Shown here in pieces: positions 1-8,579 of a stretch of DNA of 64,000 nt; the first letter of the stretch is position 1, and every line of letters begins with the position of its first letter. The DNA lies in assembly GCA_027451365.1 (NCBI GenBank), contig DAIDJN010000034.1, positions 1 to 64,000 of the forward strand, in the 5' to 3' direction. Source of the stretch: Phycisphaerales bacterium (lineage in GTDB: Bacteria; Planctomycetota; Phycisphaerae; WQYP01). A program made the translations under genes and the position numbers. Under the pieces are notes generated by a model, which searched no databases, was not told where the DNA came from, and saw only the letters and a list, made by a program, of their open reading frames with translations.

Positions 1-775
1 TGATATTGTAATGCTTCCACTTTTTACCGTTAAACACGGATACGCCGTGGCGATTGGTGCCTGCCCATAATCTCCCGTGGCCATCCACACATAACGCCGT
101 GATAAAATTACTGGCCAAACCGGGTGAATTGCCGACATCAATATGGTGCCAACGGAAGCGAGGCAGAGTTTGCGTATGTATGGCCAAATCCGCCGCAGCG
201 GCGGCAGCTTTTACCCCAATGGCATCAGAACTATTCAAACCCGCTGCGACACCATGATAAATTCCAAAATCTTCACCGGAAACCCAAACCCCGCCATGGC
301 CATCGGAAACAATTGCCGTGACAAATCGCGTGGGGCAATGCGTGGGCGATTCGGAAATTCCATTGGAGGTTATTGCCAGGGTTGGCGATGGGGACTTTCT
401 GGCGTTCAAGTTGCCAGATTGGCTGGGGCGCGACTGACGAAGATTGCCCAACGCCGGGCTAGCGGAGGTTAAGCACAAGCCTGACAGGATAAGGGCGGCG
501 GAAATGAGCAAGGCAGACGGGAAGCCTGCGGCTGACGACGAAGCGGGCAGGATGCCCGCCCCCCAACGAGGGCCGACGCCCGGGGCACGCGACAAAGCGG
601 GCAAGATACCCGCCCCCCAACGAGGGCCAACGCCTGCGGCACGCGACGAAGCGGGCAGGATGCCCGCCCCCCAACCACGGCCAACGCCTGCGGCACTGCG
701 GCCAACCAATAATCTTCCCCAACGAGAAAACACAAACGCTCCCCAGCGAAGGTTCAAAACCACACAACTCATCAT
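1..775 (-). CDS. Secreted/surface beta-propeller protein (two-component regulator propeller-type repeats), runs off the left edge
   Basis: Not in the ORF track because there is no stop in the window. Manual translation from ATG 775 is open to position 2 and gives a hydrophobic segment (ALLISAALILSGLCLTSASPA), then FVTAIVSDGHGGVWV and GLASNFITALCVDGHGRLWAGTNRHGVSVFNGKKWKHY. Confidence 0.8.
   Translation of the reverse strand, partial: MMSCVVLNLRWGAFVFSRWGRLLVGRSAAGVGRGWGAGILPASSRAAGVGPRWGAGILPALSRAPGVGPRWGAGILPASSSAAGFPSALLISAALILSGLCLTSASPALGNLRQSRPSQSGNLNARKSPSPTLAITSNGISESPTHCPTRFVTAIVSDGHGGVWVSGEDFGIYHGVAAGLNSSDAIGVKAAAAAADLAIHTQTLPRFRWHHIDVGNSPGLASNFITALCVDGHGRLWAGTNRHGVSVFNGKKWKHYNI
536..696. 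repeat. Three tandem 54-bp units, each with a GCGGGCA(G/A)GAT(G/A)CCCGC palindrome (REP-like)
   Basis: Palindromes at 543-559, 597-613 and 651-667, with an exact 54-bp period. Confidence 0.9.
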
Positions 776-826
776 CCTGCCTGTCCGCAAGCCGCATACA
801 ACCCCGCAGCCCACCGGACAAGTTGA

Positions 827-858
827 AGTATATCTTACCCCCCCCCCGTAAATGTCAA
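827..858 (-). promoter_or_regulatory. Sigma70-type promoter with a G10 homopolymer in the spacer
   Basis: The minus strand reads TTGACA-TTTAC-G10-TAAGATATACT, about 50 bp upstream of ATG 775. Confidence 0.65.
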
Positions 859-1908
859 CCCAAAAAATAAAATATTTCCATATTTTCGATACTGCAGATC
901 ACACGATACCCTCCATATTAATTAAAGCTGTCGCCCAGGAACGAATGGAATCCAGAACACATGTTGTATGGATTAGATAATTAAGCCGCCCTCGCCAACC
1001 GAACCATTCTAATCAAACGCGCCGCAGCCACCCCTTTTTCACCGTCTGCCGGCTGGCAGGCCGCTGTCCCGCCCGCCGCGATTTGATCCGCGCTGACAAG
1101 TTTTACATTCTCGGCCATAAGCAGCAGCGAGAGCTGCGCCGGGGCTGGTCTCCTATAATTCCGCGGCCTCAATATTTAAAGTTTTTTTTCGGACGCCGTA
1201 GGCCTGCAGAAAATGAAAATACCGCACCCGGAAGCCCCTGGAAACAAGGGTCAATACGCAAAACCCCAATGATTCCAACAACAATATGCCGCCCTGAATA
1301 GCACTAAATGGCTGATTTCCAAATTGCAAAGACAAACTGCTTATTCCGGTAACGATGAAATGTGAGGTCAAAAAGGCTGGCGGACGCAAAAAAAGGGACG
1401 CTCGCCAGTCTTGGTCGGTTCGATTTTTCATTTCTCACAGGTTTACGGCTACCGAAAGAAGCGAAATCAGGCGGATAACAGTATCCGCATTCTATCCCCT
1501 CTTATCTCCGCATGATTATTGGCCAGGCAATCGCCATAAGCCACGCAGACGATGCAACCGGGCGGCCTCACCTGCCATGAAGTATTGGATGTCACACCGC
1601 TTCCATCGGGCCAGGCCGCCGGAGCACATACCATCATTCGCTGAAGAACGATAACACCAGGAAATCATAAAGAAGGAAGACCGCCGTCCCCATTTTGTCA
1701 CCCAATGCCAGACAACCTTTTTCTCCGAAATTGCGCAGTTCATTCTCCGGCCTCCCGCGCTAATTAGCGAGCTGATTTCCATCTAAAAAAAGCAATTGGG
1801 GCTGCCAGCTTTTCCAGCGGGTCAGGCGTTTTCCTGGGAGGGCTGCGCCGTTGGGGAAGATTCGGAGGCCCGTCGTAGAGTGACTGGAGCCGTGCCGGCA
1901 TGGTTACT

Positions 1909-1963
1909 GCATGCCAAGACGCCCGCCCCCCAGATCATTGTGGGGCGTGGGCATCTTGCCCGC
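1909..1963. repeat. Inverted doublet of the same REP-like palindrome
   Basis: 1909-1932 is GCATGCCAAGACGCCCGCCCCCCA; 1941-1963 reverse-complements to GCGGGCAAGATGCCCACGCCCCA. Confidence 0.7.
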
Positions 1964-2034
1964 CAACCGGCAAGACCCGACATTCGGCACGCTCGCCCCC
2001 ATCGCGGACCGCTGTCGGCGGCCTGCCGGCAATT

Positions 2035-2093
2035 CAAATTGTGCAATTTTCTTGAGATTTGCTTTCCACACTCAACCTTCACATGCACTGGGC
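2035..2093. repeat. 59-bp imperfect direct repeat, copy 1
   Basis: 46/59 ungapped identity to 2901-2959 by manual alignment. Confidence 0.75.
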
Positions 2094-2900
2094 ACGCCCA
2101 CCCCAACAAGCTTATCGAAGTTGAACTGCGACCACGCAATAAAGCCTCGGTGGCTAATTATTTTGCCAACCCCTATAAAAATTGCCCGTCAGACCCGTTA
2201 CCTCCTGCTTGCAACCCCTATAGTTGATTAAATCGGAAACGCGCCGGAAATTGTTTTTTCCTGACAGGCCCCATTTGCCAAAGTTCGGTCAAATGCGGTC
2301 CCGCGGCCAGTCGTTGAAAATCAGGCACCGGTGAAAATGTCCCCGGCGGCGGCTATATCCACGCGCCGATTGCGCCGGAAAAGTTTCGGCCCCACCGGTG
2401 GACGACCCGCGAACATGCGGGCGGTTATAAGCCCCGACATTGTGGTACCGAAAGCTCCGAAAGTGTCCCAAACCGCAGGAATAACGACTTTTGGTACTAA
2501 CGGTACTACTGGCACTGGCGGTACGGATGGTTCGGGTGGTGCTTATGAAGCAGATAATGCCGCGTTGCAGGCGCCCGTTCCATTAGATAACGCCCCTCCC
2601 CTTTCTGGCTGGAGGAAGCGAATGTCCCCGCCGTTGCCGCAGTAACGCGGTGCGGGAAGTTGCGACTGGAGAGTTGACCACATAAGAACAGGTTCGAAGG
2701 GCAGCCTTCACCGACACTTTGCGGCACCTCTGGCGGTCTACTTTCAACTCACTGCTTTCATCGTGGGGAAACAGATAGCCATCGCAATTGAAAAGTTGAT
2801 CGCCGATTGTGGCTGCGGGGCAAAACCGAGCAGGTAATGAAGCAGCGGAAAGCGGCGTGACGCGCCGATAGATCGCCCACGCTGCAGGCCAGCGTTGCCG

Positions 2901-2959
2901 CAAATTATGCAATTTCCTTGAGATTCACATTCTACACCCACCATGCACATGGTTTGGGC
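2901..2959. repeat. 59-bp imperfect direct repeat, copy 2
   Basis: 46/59 ungapped identity to 2035-2093. Confidence 0.75.
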
Positions 2960-3072
2960 GCCGCCGCCTGGTCTTCGGTTGTTTAGCAGCGGACGCTAGG
3001 ATACAGTATCATTGTAGCCTGACGGACCGCAGAGTGTTTCTCCGGCGGAAGCAGGTACAGGTTGGGTGGCAC

Positions 3073-4068
3073 ATGGCAACGAACCGAAAAAAAGGTTCCG
3101 CGGCACTCTTTGAATTGATTGACAAATCCGGTGCAAAATCCGGGCGGCATTCCGGTTCCGGTATGAAAATGCCGGCATGGCTGGATAAATACAACCATCC
3201 GCAAGGCGGCTCAACCGGTGACGCCGCCACTGAGTCGGGCAATCCACCAGCAACCGCGACTGGCCCGGTCGCTGGCTCTCAATCCGGATCGCCGATGCCG
3301 ACAAGCGGCGCGGACAAACCTTCGCTGGGCCAGGTGTATCATGCTCCTGCCCCGGTACCCGATCAGTCTCCGGCACCGGCAACCGCCAATCGGCCCCTGG
3401 GGCGCACCGGCATGGACAATCCGGTTCTACTGGATGTACTGGTCGCCAAATTCCGCCCGTGGCTGCTGTTTGCATTGTTCTTTTTCATATTTCTTCTGAT
3501 TGCCGGGCTTATCATTCTGGCCACACGCCGGTCCGCCGCACCAGACGATCGTACCACGGGCAATTCCTTCAACGATTCAAATGCAAATGTACCAGCATCG
3601 ATTCAACCCGGCGGCAATAGCAGCACCCTTATTCCCGCTGTACCACAATCTCCGGCGAACAATTTGCCCTCTTCCAATTATCAGATTGTACCCGCCAATC
3701 CAATCGCCAATCCCATCGCTAATCCGGCGCCGCGGCCAAAAGCCAGGGTCGGAAAGATTGTTCCTGCGGCGAACGTCCCCCGCCTGGCGGACCATTGGTA
3801 TCTGGTGATACTGACCACCCAGCCGCAATACGCCCGCACGGCCGCGCGTTTTATTGCACATCATGGCGTAAGCGTCAGCATTGAAACGGGAACCAATAAT
3901 CTGGCCGAGGTGGTAAGCGTGCGCGGCTTTAAACATCGTGGTGGCCGGCGCGCCTTGGCGTTCCGGCGGCGGGTCATTGCGATCGGCCGGCTGGTGCCCG
4001 GAATTAAGCGCAAACACGACAGCGTGTGGGGCGATGCGTATTATGTTCAGATTGTGCGGACCCATTAA
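3073..4068 (+). CDS. Bitopic membrane protein with Pro/Ala/Asn-rich linkers and a possible SPOR-like C-terminal domain
   Basis: Single TM segment (WLLFALFFFIFLLIAGLIILA), low-complexity linkers and a compact basic C-terminus (WYLVIL...EVVSVRGF...WGDAYYV). Confidence 0.7.
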   Translation: MATNRKKGSAALFELIDKSGAKSGRHSGSGMKMPAWLDKYNHPQGGSTGDAATESGNPPATATGPVAGSQSGSPMPTSGADKPSLGQVYHAPAPVPDQSPAPATANRPLGRTGMDNPVLLDVLVAKFRPWLLFALFFFIFLLIAGLIILATRRSAAPDDRTTGNSFNDSNANVPASIQPGGNSSTLIPAVPQSPANNLPSSNYQIVPANPIANPIANPAPRPKARVGKIVPAANVPRLADHWYLVILTTQPQYARTAARFIAHHGVSVSIETGTNNLAEVVSVRGFKHRGGRRALAFRRRVIAIGRLVPGIKRKHDSVWGDAYYVQIVRTH

Positions 4069-4116
4069 GTCCAGGCAGCGCTCATGTTCAAGCCTTTTTG
4101 ATGTTCAGGGAGCCGT

Positions 4117-5232
4117 ATGGTCGACAGAAGCGTTTCAACCGAGTCGCTCGGACGCGATATTCCAGCCTCACCGGATCGCCAAAATCGGAAAACACTCAGG
4201 GTCGCCATTATTGGCTGCGGAGGCATAAGTGAACTCCATATTCCAGCTCTAAAAGCCATGCCGGATGTGGAACTGGTAGCCGGTGTGGATATCAAACCAC
4301 GGCGTCTGCAGATTATGAAGCAAAAATTCGGCGTGACAGATCTTTATGAAGATTTTCAGACTATGCTGGCTCGCGTTAAACCGGCTGCGGTGTCCATTTG
4401 CACACCCAACGCCCTGCATGCGCCGATTGCCATTGCGGCACTTCAGGCCGGTGCCGATGTCATTACCGAAAAGCCCATGGCAATGAACCCGATTGAATGC
4501 CGCCAGATGCTGGATGCCGCAAAAGCGAGCGGCCGGAAACTGGCCGTCGGCTTTCAGTACCGACACCATCCGAATACCCAAATGCTGGCCCGCGCGCGGG
4601 ATAGCGGACAGTTTGGCGAAGTCATGTTTGTCAAATGCCAGGCTCTGCGACGTCGCGGCATTCCCAACTGGGGTGTTTTTGGACAAAAGGAACTTCAGGG
4701 CGGCGGACCGATGATCGACCTGGGTGTTCACGTCATGGAAATGGCTCATTATGTCATGGGTTCACCGAAACCGGTGTCGGCTTCTGGAAATATATGGACA
4801 TATATTGGTCATAAGCCGGGCAATGTGGCCAGCATGTGGCCCAACTGGGACCACACCACCTATAACGTAGAGGACCTGGCCATTGGACAAGTCCGGTTCC
4901 AAAACGGGTCGGTCATGCAGATAGAGGCTTCCTTTGCGGCGCATATTGCCGCGGATATCTGGAACTTTTCGTTCATGGGAACGCGCGGTGGCGGCGGATG
5001 GGACCCGCCCACCATTTACACCGATTCCGCCGGTACCATGGTAAACATTACGCCCGCCTTTCTGCCCAATGGCGATTTTGCCGGACTCATCAGCGCAAAA
5101 CTCCGCAATTTTGTCGATGCCTGTCTCTATGATGTTCCCCTGATGGCATCCGGAGAAGCCGGCCTGGCGATTCAGGAAATGATTGACGGTGTGTACCGTT
5201 CGGCAGCCTGCGGCCATGAGGTGGAAATTTGA
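4117..5232 (+). CDS. Gfo/Idh/MocA family oxidoreductase
   Basis: VAIIGCGGI Rossmann motif, EKPMA, and GGGPMIDLGVH. Confidence 0.93.
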   Translation: MVDRSVSTESLGRDIPASPDRQNRKTLRVAIIGCGGISELHIPALKAMPDVELVAGVDIKPRRLQIMKQKFGVTDLYEDFQTMLARVKPAAVSICTPNALHAPIAIAALQAGADVITEKPMAMNPIECRQMLDAAKASGRKLAVGFQYRHHPNTQMLARARDSGQFGEVMFVKCQALRRRGIPNWGVFGQKELQGGGPMIDLGVHVMEMAHYVMGSPKPVSASGNIWTYIGHKPGNVASMWPNWDHTTYNVEDLAIGQVRFQNGSVMQIEASFAAHIAADIWNFSFMGTRGGGGWDPPTIYTDSAGTMVNITPAFLPNGDFAGLISAKLRNFVDACLYDVPLMASGEAGLAIQEMIDGVYRSAACGHEVEI

Positions 5233-5236
5233 ACAT

Positions 5237-6691
5237 ATGTCGGTAGACCATAAAAACAACTCTGGCTGCCCACGGCGCGGAATGCCGATGGACGCTTTTC
5301 TGGCGGCCGCCGTGATTGATTCACCAGGCCTGCTGGTGCTCGTGCTCGACAGCCGTGGCAACGCCTGTTTTGCCAACAAAACACTTCTGAACCTGCTGGC
5401 TCTGCCCGCCGACGCGTCCCGACGACAGCTTGCGGGCATTCCTGTTATAACGCCCGGCCGCCGCGCGCGGCTCCTTACATTCGCACAGAAAAACCGACAA
5501 AAGGGTGTGTCCCTGCCAATGGACCTTGCGCTGACCATTGGCGGACGCCGCCTGCGGCTGGCCATGGAGGCCGTGGTGGCCGCGGCCGCTCCGCCCGGCC
5601 GCCGCCGGCACATTATTCTCACGGGGTTTGATGTCACGGCAGCCGGGCACCTGCAGGATTCACTCCGGCACAGCGAATCGCAGGTGCGAGCCATTGTGGA
5701 AACCGCTGTGGATGCAATTATTACGGCCGATCAGCGAGGCGTCATTAATACATTTAACCCCGCGGCGGAACGCATTTTTCAGTTTAAACCGGCGGAAGTC
5801 ATCGGTCGGAACGTCAGCATGCTGATGCCCGAACCATACCATAGCGAACATGACCGGTACCTTCAGAATTATCTGCGCACCGGACGGGCCAAAATTATCG
5901 GAATAGGTCGTGAAGTTGTCGGACGGCGCAAGGATGGTTCGACATTCCCGATGTATCTTGCCGTGGGGGAACAGGTGCATGGCCAGCGTCACTTTTTTAC
6001 CGCCATTATCCGCGATATAAGTGAACGCAAACGCATGGAAAATGAAATTCTGCAAATTTCCGAACGTGAACAGCGGCGTATCGGCCAGGACTTGCACGAC
6101 GGTCTTGGCCAATTGCTTACCGGCGCAGCGCTGCACGCCAAGGCACTGGGGGGACAGTTTGGGCGGACATCACCGGAGTTTTCGGCGCGTATGAATCGCG
6201 TGATTGAATTGATTAACGATGGGATTGCCCAAAGTCGCGAGCTTTCACGCGGTCTTCAGCCCGTAGCCGATTGTCAGGTGTTTCCCACCAGCATTCAGGA
6301 CCTGGCGGAACGCACGCAAACGCTTTTTAACATCGAATGCTCCGCCCGCTGTGAACCGCTGCCTGCGGGCGTATCGCTTTCCGACGCCACGCATTTGTAC
6401 CGCATTGTTCAGGAATCCCTCCATAATGCCGTGCGCCATGGCAAGGCCCGGCATATTCAAATCAGCCTGAAAGCCATGGGTCGCAATTTACGATTGACCA
6501 TCCGCGATGACGGTGTGGGGTTTCCTGAAGTCCGCGGCCGCGGGCTGGGGCTGCATATTATGAATTATCGAGCTGGCGCGATCGGCGCGTTGCTGGAAAT
6601 CCGTTCGACTCCGGGGCGAGGGGTCACGGTTATTTGTTCGCTTAGTCAGCCTGAAGTTCCCGTCCCGAAGCTGCCTGTTGAAAAAGGATAG
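5237..6691 (+). CDS. PAS-domain sensor histidine kinase (FixL-like heme PAS plus HisKA_3/HATPase); start uncertain
   Basis: LMPEPYHSEHDRYLQNYLRTGRAKIIGIGREVVGRRKDGSTFP; EQRRIGQDLHDGLGQ; ESLHNAVRHG; DDGVGF; GLGL. Confidence 0.9.
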   Translation: MSVDHKNNSGCPRRGMPMDAFLAAAVIDSPGLLVLVLDSRGNACFANKTLLNLLALPADASRRQLAGIPVITPGRRARLLTFAQKNRQKGVSLPMDLALTIGGRRLRLAMEAVVAAAAPPGRRRHIILTGFDVTAAGHLQDSLRHSESQVRAIVETAVDAIITADQRGVINTFNPAAERIFQFKPAEVIGRNVSMLMPEPYHSEHDRYLQNYLRTGRAKIIGIGREVVGRRKDGSTFPMYLAVGEQVHGQRHFFTAIIRDISERKRMENEILQISEREQRRIGQDLHDGLGQLLTGAALHAKALGGQFGRTSPEFSARMNRVIELINDGIAQSRELSRGLQPVADCQVFPTSIQDLAERTQTLFNIECSARCEPLPAGVSLSDATHLYRIVQESLHNAVRHGKARHIQISLKAMGRNLRLTIRDDGVGFPEVRGRGLGLHIMNYRAGAIGALLEIRSTPGRGVTVICSLSQPEVPVPKLPVEKG

Positions 6692-6696
6692 ATGCC

Positions 6697-7521
6697 ATGA
6701 AAAAAACAGGTGAATCCGACCGGTCACGCCGGACCGCGGCGACAAAAGACCGAACTGAAAAAAAAACCGCCACCGCGGTGCCGAATCCAACCGCTAAAAC
6801 CGCGGGCCGGGATCTGCCACCGATTACCTTTCGGGCCAAACCCGGTCGACCGACTGTGGTCACCCCGTCCGGCAAAGCCAAGCCGCGCATTGTTATTGTG
6901 GATGACCACCCTATCGCACGGCAGGGTATTCGCCTGCTGATTGAAAGTTCCGACGATTTATGCGTTTGTGGCGAAGCCGCCGATGCCGACGGCGCGCTGG
7001 ACGCGGTGGCCAATTTCAAGCCCGACCTCGCGGTCGTGGATTTATCGTTAAATGGCAAACCGGGATTGGAATTGATTAAAGACCTGCGGTCAATGCACGA
7101 AAAGCTGCCCATTCTTGTGCTCTCCATGCACGATGAAACCATGTATGCCGAACGCGCATTGCGCGCCGGTGCCCGTGGCTACATTCAAAAGCAGGAAGCC
7201 ACGGATAAAATTCTGCTGGCAATCCGCCGGATTCTGGCTGGCGAAATTTATGTCAGCGATGCTATCGCCGGGCGCGTGCTCCGGCAGTTGGCGGGCGGCG
7301 GCAACCAGCCGTTGAAATCTTCACTGGAATTGCTGTCTGACCGCGAACTGGAGGTATTCGGGTTCCTTGGGCAGGGCAAACCGGTCCGGGAAATTGCCAG
7401 CATCCTGCATTTAAGCGCCAAAACAGTGGAAGCGCATCGCGAACATATTAAGGAAAAGTTGAATTTTGCCAGCAGCAACGAACTGCTGCGTTACGCCATT
7501 CAGGTGGGCATGGACAAATAA
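6697..7521 (+). CDS. NarL/FixJ-family response regulator (REC plus LuxR HTH) with a basic N-terminal extension
   Basis: IVDDHPIARQG, VVDLSL, LSDRELEV...SAKTVEAHREHIKEKL. Confidence 0.93.
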   Translation: MKKTGESDRSRRTAATKDRTEKKTATAVPNPTAKTAGRDLPPITFRAKPGRPTVVTPSGKAKPRIVIVDDHPIARQGIRLLIESSDDLCVCGEAADADGALDAVANFKPDLAVVDLSLNGKPGLELIKDLRSMHEKLPILVLSMHDETMYAERALRAGARGYIQKQEATDKILLAIRRILAGEIYVSDAIAGRVLRQLAGGGNQPLKSSLELLSDRELEVFGFLGQGKPVREIASILHLSAKTVEAHREHIKEKLNFASSNELLRYAIQVGMDK

Positions 7522-7759
7522 GAAATGCCATCGGTTTCCGTGCGCGCCGGTGGCGTTTATCGCTTAGCTCTGAAACGGATTCCGCCGCAATTGACGGCGT
7601 TCAGAGTCCGGTGAATTGATAAAAAAAATCTTGCCGTTTTCAACACCTGTTGCACAGAAATTCATGGGCGGCTTACCCACAAACGCCGCCGCAAACATAT
7701 TTGGCCGCCGATCAAAAATTTCCACAAGCCAGGCGCATCGTTATATAGGCGGGCACACC

Positions 7760-8100
7760 TTAACCCGCTGCGCCGCGCGACAATTCATAGCGCCTGACGC
7801 GGATCTTAATCGGGCCTAAAATGCATAAGACCTTGCGAGTGGCGTACCTCCATCGCACCCTGGTGCCGGGGGAAACGCCACGGTTTTTTCGGTTGCGTCT
7901 ACCCGCATCTGCACGGCTTTCTCTTAGGCTTTCCGCACGAATTCCCCAAGCGTCTTGCGACATGCTTCCTCTGACCCGTTGCTTAATTGCCCATCAGGAG
8001 CGGCATTCACCGCCTCGGCAACGGCCTTCATCGTGGCGGCAAACTCCACCTGCATCTGCTTAATAAACTCTTCTTCGTCGATTTTTACAAACCGATCCAT
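7760..8100 (-). pseudogene. Decayed ISKra4-like transposase 5' fragment
   Basis: From ATG 8100: MDRFVKIDEEEFIKQMQVEFAATMKAVAEAVNAAPDGQLSNGSEEACRKTLGEFVRKA*EKAVQMRVDATEKTVAFPP. In-frame TAA at 7926-7924; TTTCCCCC at 7875-7868; the shifted frame continues RKVLCILGPIKIRVRRY. Confidence 0.65.
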
Positions 8101-8178
8101 GACGTCTCTTTTGGTTATCCATTAAATTCCGCCCGATAATCGTATAGTGAAGAACGGCGAAAATGAATATGCCAAATA

Positions 8179-8457
8179 TTATGTTTTTGGAACTTCAGGC
8201 TTTGGCGGGGACGGCTGCGGAGTAATTGCCGAAGCCGGAGCGGATGCTCCCGGAGGGCTGCCATTCGCCGGCTTTCCGGCAGAGACCACGCCGCGTTCTT
8301 TTTGAATTGCGTCAAAAATTTCCTGCCTGTGCACTGGAACCGTATTCGGCGCGTTAATGCCCAGTCGCACTTTATCGCCGCGAATATCCACAACCGTGAT
8401 GACAATATTATCACCAATCACGATGCTTTCATTGCGTTGTCGGGAAAGTACCAGCAT
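8179..8457 (-). CDS. csrA: Carbon storage regulator CsrA
   Basis: [43 protein letters not shown], followed by a Pro-rich tail. Confidence 0.96.
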   Translation of the reverse strand: MLVLSRQRNESIVIGDNIVITVVDIRGDKVRLGINAPNTVPVHRQEIFDAIQKERGVVSAGKPANGSPPGASAPASAITPQPSPPKPEVPKT

Positions 8458-8525
8458 CGTCTGACTCCTTGACAATTATTTCCATAAGCTCCACCTCCCG
8501 CGACACATCTATCCACTTCATTATA
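8458..8525 (-). promoter_or_regulatory. csrA -10 element and GGA-rich leader
   Basis: TATAAT at 8525-8520 followed by five GGA motifs, the last being the SD. Confidence 0.55.
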
Positions 8526-8579
8526 GCCTGCCGAAGTCGGAATGGCCTGTTGCCCGCGATTGACCGCCGGCCAGTGATT

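Noticed and set aside
536..696. CRISPR array
   Set aside because: The sequences between the palindromes are near-identical rather than unique spacers, there are only three units, and no cas genes are present.
2649..2900. Group II intron 5' end (GTGCG)
   Set aside because: No domain V/VI or RT ORF; the 5-mer is expected by chance.
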